Shown: in pieces, positions 28,190-36,053 of the stretch
Position numbering within the stretch: position 1 is the first letter of the stretch
Layout: every line of letters begins with the position of its first letter
Virus record (IMG/VR): IMGVR_UViG_3300020045_007828
Coordinates: 1-37,883 of that record
Source of the DNA: a virus
Taxonomy: Duplodnaviria; Caudoviricetes
Length of the DNA: 37,883 nt
Strand: one strand, 5' to 3'
Made by a program: the position numbers and the translations under genes
The notes under the pieces: generated by a model
The model's input: only the letters and a program-made list of their open reading frames with translations
Database searches by the model: none
What the model was told of the DNA's origin: nothing

Positions 28190-28681
28190 GTGAGTATTGA
28201 AAATCAAATTGAGCGATTGGCAGTTGCCATCGAAGCACTGAACGTAAACCTGAGCGCGCTTGTGAACGATGCCAATTTTGGCAAGTTGACCAGCACCACC
28301 AATGCACCTTTGACTTCCGCAAGCACCGCAACTGTTGCTGGCGTGAACGGTAGCACCGATGAAAAACCAAGGCGCACTCGCACCAAGGCTGCTGAAACCA
28401 AACCAGTTGAAACCGAAGTAGAAGGTTTCGACGATGTAGTTGCGAACATTGATGCTGCAACTGTTGCGGGCACCGACGACGAGTTTGACCTGGGCATTGA
28501 AGAAGATGCACCGGTTGTCACCAATGCTGAACTGAAGGCAATCGTGTCTGAAGTGAGCAAGAAGAAGGGTCGTGAAACGGTTCTTCGCCTGTTCAAAGAC
28601 TTCGGTGTCACCACCTTCGGTGATGTGAAGGAAGATCAGTACGGCAAGATGCACGCTGCCGCTAAAGAACTGTTGGGTTAA
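28190..28681 (+). CDS. Conserved phage replication-module protein (coiled-coil N-terminus, small helical C-domain)
   Basis: GAGG RBS then GTG at 28190. C-terminal GRETVLRLFKDFGVTTFGDVKEDQY is typical of the gene upstream of DUF2800. Confidence 0.72.
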   Translation: MSIENQIERLAVAIEALNVNLSALVNDANFGKLTSTTNAPLTSASTATVAGVNGSTDEKPRRTRTKAAETKPVETEVEGFDDVVANIDAATVAGTDDEFDLGIEEDAPVVTNAELKAIVSEVSKKKGRETVLRLFKDFGVTTFGDVKEDQYGKMHAAAKELLG

Positions 28682-29832
28682 TGCGCCTCTCGTTCGCGCC
28701 AAGTAGCTATGACAGGTGGAGCGTTTGCACCGCTTCGCCTGCGGCGGTTGCTGGCGTTAAAACCGAGCGTAAGACCTACAGTGATGAGGGGAACATTGCG
28801 CACGAGTTGCACGCGCATTGCCTTATGTGGGGTGAAGAACCTCGCTCATTAATTAACCAGAAGATCACGGTTAAGGATATTGGCGAGGCTGAAGTCACCG
28901 CTGAAATGGCTGAAGCAGTAGAAGATTCAATCAACTACATTAAAGACCAACTTGGTGATGTGGACGTGGAAGTCGAGTTGGAAGTATCGCTCGATCACCT
29001 CATCCCAAACCAGCGCGGTTTTGCCGATGTGAAGCACTTTGATGATGAAGTGTTGCATATCATCGACCTGAAGTACGGCAAGGGCATCAAAGTCTACGCC
29101 AAAAACAACGGGGAGTTGATGCTTCATGCATCGGGTGTAGTACGTGCAATGAGTTACGAAGATAAATCGAAACTCAAGAAGATCGTGATCCACATTGCTC
29201 AGCCACGACTCGAACACTTCGATAAGTGGGAGTTCACCCGTGGTGAATTGACCACCTTCGAGTTGAACGTAGTCAGTAAGTACCAAAAAGCATCGAACCC
29301 TGAAACTGCCGAGTTCGTACCGTCACCGGAAGGTTGCCAGTTCTGCCTGATCAAGGCTGACTGCCGCGCCCTGAAGGAGTCGATCTACGCGAAAGTGATG
29401 GGGGAAGATGGTGAGTTGGTTGATCCCGTGCGACTCAACAACGAAGAACTTTCTGAGATGTTCGAGTGGTTCGACTTCATCAGTGCATGGGCCAACAACG
29501 CCCGTGAACACATGGTGAAGCTCGCTGAATCCGGTGTGCAGTTCCCAGGGTTGAAGATGATTCCTGGTAAGGCCGGTCAGCGGGAATGGAAAAACGAGCA
29601 AGATACTATTGCTTGGATGAGAGAACGCGGTATGGAAGATTTTGAGATTTATGAATCATCACTCATCTCACCGGCTAAAGCGGAAACGCAGGTTGGCAAG
29701 AAGAATGTTGGTGATAAATTCAAAACCCTTTTCACCCAACGATCAGGTAAGCCGCGCCTGGTAAAAGACAGTCACGCAAGTCCTTCGGTGACACAAACGA
29801 AACTAAATGATTTTAATGATGTAGAGGTTTAA
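28681..29832 (+). CDS. DUF2800 Cas4-like PD-(D/E)xK exonuclease
   Basis: PSSYDRWSVC, EGNIAHE, GFADV...IIDLKYGKG, QPRL and CQFCLIKADC. Confidence 0.88.
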   Translation: MRLSFAPSSYDRWSVCTASPAAVAGVKTERKTYSDEGNIAHELHAHCLMWGEEPRSLINQKITVKDIGEAEVTAEMAEAVEDSINYIKDQLGDVDVEVELEVSLDHLIPNQRGFADVKHFDDEVLHIIDLKYGKGIKVYAKNNGELMLHASGVVRAMSYEDKSKLKKIVIHIAQPRLEHFDKWEFTRGELTTFELNVVSKYQKASNPETAEFVPSPEGCQFCLIKADCRALKESIYAKVMGEDGELVDPVRLNNEELSEMFEWFDFISAWANNAREHMVKLAESGVQFPGLKMIPGKAGQREWKNEQDTIAWMRERGMEDFEIYESSLISPAKAETQVGKKNVGDKFKTLFTQRSGKPRLVKDSHASPSVTQTKLNDFNDVEV

Positions 29833-29833
29833 G

Positions 29834-30457
29834 ATGGCTAAATCGATTACTGGTACAACGATCAAACTGCGCAACGTGCGTCTTTCTTTCCCGACGTTGC
29901 ACGAAGCACAGGCTGTGAAAACGATCAAAGACTCTAAAAAGTCTTTCAGTGCAAACTTCCTGCTCGATCCCAAGAACGCATCACACGTTCCAATCCTGAA
30001 GGAAATCCAAGCAGAAATTGCGCGTCTGCGTAAAGAAGCCTGGGGTGGGCCACACCCGAAAGAGAAGCCGTTGGAGTGTTTCGGCAAAGGTGAGAATCGC
30101 ACCAACAATGAAGGTGTGGTTTACAACGGCTACGAAGGCATGTACTTCGTAGCTGCCAAGTCCGATGAATCGAAGCGCCCACTCACGATTGACCGTAACA
30201 AGAACATTGTGAGCGAACCGAAAGACATCAACCAGAAGTTCTACGGTGGCTGCTTCGTTAACGCCAACATCAACTTCTGGGTTCAGGACAACGACTTCGG
30301 CAAAGCAATTCGTTGTGGTCTGCAGGCTGTTCAGTTCTGGAACGATGGTGATGCCTTCGGTGGTGGTCGCGCATCGGTTGATGACTTCGATGACGTTGAA
30401 GAACCTGAAGGCATCGATGGCCTTGACGGTTTTGATGACGATGGTCTTGGTCTTTAA
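29834..30457 (+). CDS. DUF2815 single-stranded DNA-binding protein
   Basis: NVRLSFP, FYGGCFVNA, GLQAVQFWNDGDAFGG and an acidic C-terminal tail. Confidence 0.9.
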   Translation: MAKSITGTTIKLRNVRLSFPTLHEAQAVKTIKDSKKSFSANFLLDPKNASHVPILKEIQAEIARLRKEAWGGPHPKEKPLECFGKGENRTNNEGVVYNGYEGMYFVAAKSDESKRPLTIDRNKNIVSEPKDINQKFYGGCFVNANINFWVQDNDFGKAIRCGLQAVQFWNDGDAFGGGRASVDDFDDVEEPEGIDGLDGFDDDGLGL

Positions 30458-30486
30458 GTAGTACCCTGCCGCTTCTCACGAGGCGG

Positions 30487-30568
30487 CAACCCAGAAACAC
30501 CTTCATGTTTATTTAACCTAACTAGTCGCGTGGGGTCGGTTCCGTAACATGAAGGTGTTTCTGGGTTG
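30487..30568. repeat. Perfect 23-bp inverted repeat (long hairpin)
   Basis: CAACCCAGAAACACCTTCATGTT (30487-30509) is the exact reverse complement of 30546-30568, with a 36-nt loop. Confidence 0.92.
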
Positions 30569-30641
30569 TTAGTAGTACGCTGGGTTGTGACGCACAATTT
30601 CAATTGTGAATGGTTGCCGGTTCGAGTCCGGTCTGACAACA
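30565..30641 (+). ncRNA. tRNA-like element with non-canonical anticodon loop
   Basis: Acceptor-like GTTGTTAG/CTGACAAC, canonical T arm GCCGG-TTCGAGT-CCGGT, anticodon-like stem CACAA/TTGTG with 6-nt loop TTTCAA, weak D arm, no encoded CCA. Confidence 0.6.
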
Positions 30642-30645
30642 AATC

Positions 30646-30670
30646 GCCCACCTCAACCGGTGGGCTTTTT
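30646..30670 (+). terminator. Intrinsic terminator
   Basis: GCCCACC-TCAACC-GGTGGGC-TTTTT. Confidence 0.82.
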
Positions 30671-30695
30671 AATAAAACAAACTTGGAGTAACACC

Positions 30696-31670
30696 ATGTT
30701 CAAGAATTTAACAGTATTCAAGTTCGATCCGCTCGCTGAAAGTAACACCAAGATTATTAATATTTTGCTCAATTTAGACAATGAAGCTGAGCAGATGTTA
30801 GCTGAACACCAACCATCTGACCCAGTGGCCCAACAGGTGATGCGTTTTGGCTATGCGCATATTGATCAACTAACACTTGACTTGGCCACCGGTGGTGACG
30901 TACCGATATTTCACCGCTTCCTCCCTCTCACCATGGTTGTTCGTCAGCGCGCAATTGACGCGGGTGCTGTCGAACTTGCTGTGCGTCGTCAGGTGGCGAA
31001 GGTGCAGGCTGAACAAAGTCGCATTGTGGGTAAGAAGGAGAAGGCCGCAATCAAAGATGAAATCCTCTTTGAGATGATCCCCAAAGCACCCATCAAAGAG
31101 AAGCGCATCAAGGGTTACGTCACCGGTGCTGGCTTCATCCTGGTCGATGCCGTGGGCAAAGCTGCTGAAGACTATGTGTCGTTCCTGCGCGAAGCCGTGG
31201 GTGGCTTGGCTGCGCTGCAACTCGACCTTGATTTACAGAATGAACCATGTACTGAAGAACTAATTCACGACTACGTGGTGAAATCCATTGAACGCGAACA
31301 CTTCGGTATTCCTGGTGAGAACGATGAGGCGATGTACAAGTTCGCAGATACCTTCGCGTTCATCATCGGTGAAGAACAGATCACTGTAAAAAACTGCACT
31401 GATACAACCATGTGTGGCGACTTCTTCAGTCGCGTTAAACAAGGTCAGGTTGTCTGGTGTGAGTTTGACAACAAAGATGTGAACTTCCGCTTGATGGCTG
31501 ACCTGTCGCTGAAGGCATTGAACTTCATTGATCTGGGCTTCCAGGATAAGGCTTCACCGGAAGCGAGCGTCGCCCAACATCGCTTTGAAATCAAAACCTA
31601 TCGTGACCTGGTAGACAGCATCGTTGCTGAAATCCACGCGGCACAGGATGATGAACAAGACGATGAATAA
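30696..31670 (+). CDS. rdgC: Recombination-associated protein RdgC (divergent)
   Basis: GGAG RBS and MFKNLTVFKF start. VAKVQAEQSRIVGKKEKAAIKDEILFEMIPKA, LVDA...AEDYVSFLREAVG and FRLMADLSLKALNF. Confidence 0.85.
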   Translation: MFKNLTVFKFDPLAESNTKIINILLNLDNEAEQMLAEHQPSDPVAQQVMRFGYAHIDQLTLDLATGGDVPIFHRFLPLTMVVRQRAIDAGAVELAVRRQVAKVQAEQSRIVGKKEKAAIKDEILFEMIPKAPIKEKRIKGYVTGAGFILVDAVGKAAEDYVSFLREAVGGLAALQLDLDLQNEPCTEELIHDYVVKSIEREHFGIPGENDEAMYKFADTFAFIIGEEQITVKNCTDTTMCGDFFSRVKQGQVVWCEFDNKDVNFRLMADLSLKALNFIDLGFQDKASPEASVAQHRFEIKTYRDLVDSIVAEIHAAQDDEQDDE

Positions 31671-32122
31671 TTGTAAGGTAAAGCTGCTGCGCGAAGGCGC
31701 TAAGTTACCGGTGCGCGCTACTGCTACGGCGGCGGGTTATGATATTTGTTTTTTTACCGTTAACTAAATTATCCGAAAAAGTAAGCTATGAATTATCAAA
31801 AGGTGTTGTATATGGGTTGCACACAGGTTTAGCTTTCGAGATGTCATCTGATGTGGCTATGCTCGTACTACCGCGATCAGGTCTTGCCACCAAAAAAATG
31901 CTTCGCCCTGCTAACACACCAGGGTTGGTCGATTCTGATTACCGTGGTGAACTCATCGTGATGATGGAGAACTTCGGTACGGAAACACAACGGATTGAAC
32001 CAGGTGAGCGCATCGCGCAGATCGTTTTCATCAATCCACTGGTGATGGACTTCCAAGTTGTCGATGAGTTGGGTGAAACGGAGCGGGGCACCGGTGGCTT
32101 CGGTTCAACCGGCACAAACTAA
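31663..32122 (+). pseudogene. dut: Trimeric dUTPase interrupted by a +1 frameshift in a T7 run (or sequencing error)
   Basis: Frame 1 from ATG 31663 gives KLLREGAKLPVRATATAAGYDI (motif 1). Frame 2 continues with PRSGLA, GLVDSDYRGE, RIAQ and RGTGGFGSTG. The junction is the T run at 31749-31755. Confidence 0.88.
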
Positions 32123-32126
32123 ACAC

Positions 32127-32153
32127 ATGACCGCCTATGCGGTCATTCTTTTT
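32127..32153 (+). terminator. Intrinsic terminator between dut and the polymerase gene
   Basis: ATGACCGC-CTAT-GCGGTCAT-TCTTTTT. Confidence 0.7.
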
Positions 32154-32176
32154 CCCACTCAACGCAGGTAACAACA

Positions 32177-34153
32177 ATGGCTGAACCGAAGAACGACTAC
32201 ATCTGGGACATCGAGACATTTCCCAATATATTCAGTATAGGCATCCGTAGTGTCAAAACCGGCAAGCGCGCTACGTTTGAAATCAGTGAGCGTCGCAATG
32301 ACTTGCTCAAAATCATGCTGTTTATTGACCGCATCCGTGACACCGATGCCCGTATGGTGGGGTTTAACAATATTGGGTTCGACTATCCGGTGCTGCATTA
32401 CCTCATCACCAAGTTAAAAAACCACACTGATGCTGGCTTCATCGTGAAGAAGCTTTACGAGAAGGCGCAGGAAATCATTGGTGCGGGTGATGATCAGAAG
32501 TTTGCCCACATCATCTGGGACCGCGATCAGGTGGTGCCCCAAGTAGACCTTTACAAAATTCACCACTTCGACAACCAGGCGCGCCGGACTTCATTGAAGA
32601 TTCTGGAATTCAACATGCGCATGGACAGCATTCAGGACTTGCCGTTTCCCGTGGGCACAATGCTGAACTCGGAACAGATGGACGTGCTTATCTCGTACAT
32701 GGGGCATGACATTGACGCTACTTACGACTTCTACCTCAAAACCCTTGAGATGATTGAGTTCCGCGAAGAACTGGGTCGTCGCTTTGACCGCAACTTCATT
32801 AACCACAATGACGCGAAGATCGGCAACGACTACTTCATCATGGGTTTAGAGAAGGCGATGGGGTCAGAAGCCTGTTATGTGAAAACCAGCGAAGGTCGCA
32901 AGCCGAAGCAAACCATCCGTAAGCAAATCGCACTGAAGGACGTGATCTTCGACTATGTGCAGTTCGAGACTCCCCAGTTCCGCGCTATCCATGAGTGGAT
33001 GAACAAGCGTGTCATCCGGCAAACCAAAGGGGTATTCACCGAGTTCGATCCTGCATTGTTGGGTTCACTTGAGCCTTATACCAACAAGAAACTGGTGAAG
33101 AAAAAGATCAAGAATCTCAACTGCATCATTGACGGTGTACAAGTTGACTTCGGCACCGGTGGTATTCACGCCAGTATCGAGTCTGCGCGGGTGTATAGCG
33201 ACGATGAGATGGTGATCGTGGACTTGGACGTGGCGAGTTACTACCCGAACCTGGGCATTAAGAATCGCCTGTACCCCGCGCACCTATCCGAGAAGTTCTG
33301 TGACATTTATGAAGAACTTTACGTTGAGCGTGGTCAGTATGACAAAGGCACCATGTTGAACCTGACGATCAAGCTGGCATTGAATGCGGCGTTCGGTAAC
33401 TCGAACAACCTGTTCAGTCCTTTCTACGATCCGCAATACACCATGAGTATTACCATCAACGGTCAGTTGTTGCTTTGTATGTTGTATGAAGGTTTACGCC
33501 AGATCGAAGGTCTGCAACTGATCCAGATGAACACTGACGGTATCATGGTGCGGTTGCCGCGTGCGGCGAAGGCTGAACTCGACTCAGTGGCTTCCTGGTG
33601 GCAACTGATGACAGGGTTGGAACTGGAAGAAGCGATTTACTCAGCCATGTATATGCGTGACGTGAATAACTACATCGCTGTTTATTCATACGATGAAGTC
33701 AACAAAAAGAAAAAAGGTGAAGTCAAAACCAAAGGTGCTTACGTGAGCCAGATGGGTTGGCATCAAAACCACTCTTGCATGGTCGTCGCCAAAGCCGCTG
33801 AAGAACATTTAGTAAAAGGTGTTGACTTAAGGGAGTTTATCAGTAATCATACCGATGACTTCGACTTCTTACTCAGAACGAAGGTGCCAAGGTCATCACG
33901 ACTGGTATCCGATTGGGGTTTTGAAGAAGTCGTTGAGCAGAACATCACCCGCTATTACATGGCGGTCAGTGGTGCCAAGTTGGTGAAGATCGTGCCACCG
34001 CTCGCCAGGGCTAAAGACCCTACCAAAGAACGTCGCATTTCCGTACACGCGGGACAGCCAGTTGAGGTGTGCAACACCTTCACAGGTATTGATCGCAGCC
34101 GGTTGAATATCGACTGGTATGTCCAGGAAGCGAAAAAGCTAGTTAACTTTTAG
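32177..34153 (+). CDS. Family B DNA polymerase with 3'-5' exonuclease domain
   Basis: Exo I WDIETF, Exo II GFNNIGFD, Exo III YMGHDI. Polymerase motifs DLDVASYYP, KLALNAAFG and MNTDGI. Confidence 0.92.
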   Translation: MAEPKNDYIWDIETFPNIFSIGIRSVKTGKRATFEISERRNDLLKIMLFIDRIRDTDARMVGFNNIGFDYPVLHYLITKLKNHTDAGFIVKKLYEKAQEIIGAGDDQKFAHIIWDRDQVVPQVDLYKIHHFDNQARRTSLKILEFNMRMDSIQDLPFPVGTMLNSEQMDVLISYMGHDIDATYDFYLKTLEMIEFREELGRRFDRNFINHNDAKIGNDYFIMGLEKAMGSEACYVKTSEGRKPKQTIRKQIALKDVIFDYVQFETPQFRAIHEWMNKRVIRQTKGVFTEFDPALLGSLEPYTNKKLVKKKIKNLNCIIDGVQVDFGTGGIHASIESARVYSDDEMVIVDLDVASYYPNLGIKNRLYPAHLSEKFCDIYEELYVERGQYDKGTMLNLTIKLALNAAFGNSNNLFSPFYDPQYTMSITINGQLLLCMLYEGLRQIEGLQLIQMNTDGIMVRLPRAAKAELDSVASWWQLMTGLELEEAIYSAMYMRDVNNYIAVYSYDEVNKKKKGEVKTKGAYVSQMGWHQNHSCMVVAKAAEEHLVKGVDLREFISNHTDDFDFLLRTKVPRSSRLVSDWGFEEVVEQNITRYYMAVSGAKLVKIVPPLARAKDPTKERRISVHAGQPVEVCNTFTGIDRSRLNIDWYVQEAKKLVNF

Positions 34154-34163
34154 GAGAACAACC

Positions 34164-34739
34164 GTGACAAAGAAGAAAGATATTAGCGTAGACATTGAAA
34201 CACTCGGCACCCACGCCAGCGCCATCGTACTGAGCATCGGTGCAGTGAAGTTCAACAAGTTTGACCCTATCAACACTGACTCACTCGGTGAGGAATTTTA
34301 TGCAGTGTTGGAAGTCGAAACACAGCTTGATAAGGGTCGCACCCGCGACGACTCAACGGTGGCTTGGTGGCAGAAGCAGTCATTGGAAGCGCGCTCAGCC
34401 GCATTCGATAATCCGAATCGCCGCGACACCGCTGAAGTGTTGAGTGAGTTTTACGACTTCCTTGCTGACGACTTCGCATTCGACTGCTTTATCTGGGGCA
34501 ATGGTGCTGACTTTGATAACACCATTGTTAGAAGTTTGTTTGAGTCATACGGCTACACTGAATTACCGTGGCAGTTCTGGAACAATCGTTGCTTCCGCAC
34601 TATGAAGGGTGAATTCAAAACGATTGCACCAACGCCGCAGTTTGAAGGTATTCCACACCACGCATTGCATGATGCAAAGCACCAGGCGCGCTGGCTGCAA
34701 CAGATCATGGCTAAAATTAACCGTAATATTGCGCTTTAA
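34164..34739 (+). CDS. DEDDh 3'-5' exonuclease (Rv2179c/DUF5051-like)
   Basis: VDIETLG, SIGAV, WGNGADFD, RCFRT and HHALHDA. Confidence 0.9.
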   Translation: MTKKKDISVDIETLGTHASAIVLSIGAVKFNKFDPINTDSLGEEFYAVLEVETQLDKGRTRDDSTVAWWQKQSLEARSAAFDNPNRRDTAEVLSEFYDFLADDFAFDCFIWGNGADFDNTIVRSLFESYGYTELPWQFWNNRCFRTMKGEFKTIAPTPQFEGIPHHALHDAKHQARWLQQIMAKINRNIAL

Positions 34740-34797
34740 AACAACTGATAGTAATTAAACCAACCAGCCATTCGGCACCAACAAAGAGTATGAAACT

Positions 34798-35061
34798 ATG
34801 AAAAGCATTACTAAAACCCCAGTTAGAAACTATTTCGGTGATTTCACGAAACAAATTGATATCCTTCGTGAGCAAGTCAGAGGTCTAAATGTGATAAGCA
34901 CTCAGCTTCACATTCGCAACGGCGGTAATCCCAACACTGTATCTGGGTTAATCGATGAACGAGTACCACTGAAAGCATTCACGAACCGTTTTGGTAAATT
35001 CTACGGTCTTCGCTCCAAGTATGATGGGCGCGGCAACAAACGTGAACCACTGAAAGCTTAG
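34798..35061 (+). CDS. Hypothetical protein
   Basis: 87-aa ORF in operon orientation followed by a terminator. No motif recognised. Confidence 0.55.
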   Translation: MKSITKTPVRNYFGDFTKQIDILREQVRGLNVISTQLHIRNGGNPNTVSGLIDERVPLKAFTNRFGKFYGLRSKYDGRGNKREPLKA

Positions 35062-35068
35062 TCACAAT

Positions 35069-35093
35069 GCGCCCTTCGTGGGCGCTAGTTTTT
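35069..35093 (+). terminator. Putative intrinsic terminator
   Basis: GCGCCC-TTCGT-GGGCGC-TAGTTTTT. Confidence 0.6.
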
Positions 35094-35188
35094 GCAGTAA
35101 CAAACAACCAAAAGTAGGGAACCCCATGAGCTATCGGGAGTGGGTCGAAGATTTTGAAGTTAACGATTATCCAATTGAGGAAATAACA

Positions 35189-35527
35189 ATGCAAACACTG
35201 GGAACAGCACCTTACGCACCAGTTAAACCCCAAGCGAAACTCGATCCTAAATATCAAAAGCTACACGATGTTTTGCGTCAAGCCTACGACCAAGCCGCTG
35301 CTGGCAAAGGTTCTGAGCGCCACGCCACCGGTCAAGCGTTCCATGAACAACCCATGCAGACCATCAGTGACTTGGTGCAATCAGCAGACGGTATGGCGTT
35401 CCAAGCCATCAAGAAGATTCAGGAATCCAAGCGCTTGCCAACAAAAGAGGCACGGGTGCGTGAACTACTGGGTGCGATCAACTACATCGCTGGAATGGTG
35501 ATCTTCATTGAAAAGCAGGGTGAGTAA
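35189..35527 (+). CDS. Conserved all-helical phage protein (possibly MazG-like / nucleotide-metabolism associated)
   Basis: GAGG RBS before ATG 35189. QAAAGKGSERHA...FQAIKKIQES...RELLGAINY pattern. Function is inferred only. Confidence 0.55.
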   Translation: MQTLGTAPYAPVKPQAKLDPKYQKLHDVLRQAYDQAAAGKGSERHATGQAFHEQPMQTISDLVQSADGMAFQAIKKIQESKRLPTKEARVRELLGAINYIAGMVIFIEKQGE

Positions 35528-35734
35528 GTGACTGACGAAAGAATGATTGAGTTGGGTGAAGCCCACCAAGCTACGTTGACCAACGCGCAGATCACCAACA
35601 TCAGATCGAAGGTGCCGGTGCCTGGAACGGCTGTACCAGAAGAATGCGCCTGTGGTGAAACGATCCCTGATGGTCGTCGCGCACTGGGTTACTCGACGTG
35701 TTTATACTGTGCGAGTAAGCGCAATGGACGATGA
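35528..35734 (+). CDS. DksA/TraR-type C4 zinc-finger protein
   Basis: CACGETIPDGRRALGYSTCLYC after an N-terminal helix. Confidence 0.75.
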   Translation: MTDERMIELGEAHQATLTNAQITNIRSKVPVPGTAVPEECACGETIPDGRRALGYSTCLYCASKRNGR

Positions 35735-36053
35735 TGCGCTGTTCGACATCAGCACAGCCGGTGCCCCCAAGCGAGCGATTCTTGAAAAAGACATCGAATC
35801 GAAGGTGTGCCGGTACGCTGAACGCAAAGGGTGGAGGGCGATGAAGTTCGTCTCACCCAACTACCGCTCGGTGCCAGACCGAATTTTCTTTAAACACCCC
35901 CAACGGGTGTTTTTTGTTGAGTTCAAGGCACCTGGAAAACTCCCTTCTGAAAAACAAGCGCGGGAAATTGCCCGACTACAAGCTGAAGGGTTCGACGTAT
36001 TCGTGGTGGATAACATTGAACACGGATACACAATGATTGATTTGATGGGGTAG
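35724..36053 (+). CDS. VRR-NUC domain nuclease
   Basis: EKDIE, KFVSP...VPDRI, FFVEFKAPG and Q...GFDVFVVD. Confidence 0.9.
   Translation: MDDDALFDISTAGAPKRAILEKDIESKVCRYAERKGWRAMKFVSPNYRSVPDRIFFKHPQRVFFVEFKAPGKLPSEKQAREIARLQAEGFDVFVVDNIEHGYTMIDLMG

Noticed and set aside
28133-28702. Long antisense ORFs (also 10398-11108, 16398-17513, 18234-18674 and similar)
   Set aside because: These are shadow frames of well-supported genes, with no recognisable motifs.
28681-29832. Cas4-like nuclease as evidence of a CRISPR-Cas system
   Set aside because: DUF2800 is a routine phage replication/recombination nuclease, and there are no cas genes or array.
30598-30603. TGA stop-codon reassignment or selenocysteine system suggested by TCA in the tRNA-like loop
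   Set aside because: Genes are intact under the standard code and TGA is used as a coupled stop (e.g. 8569-8571, 7515-7517). There is no long variable arm or sel gene.
30457-30670. Retron msr-msd, or attP derived from a tRNA 3' end
   Set aside because: No reverse transcriptase or integrase is in the window, and the element has both acceptor strands rather than only a 3' fragment. Cannot be fully excluded without the rest of the genome.
30606-30695. N-terminal extension of RdgC in the ORF track
   Set aside because: It overlaps the tRNA-like T arm and terminator. The GGAG RBS and family-typical MFKN start are at 30696.
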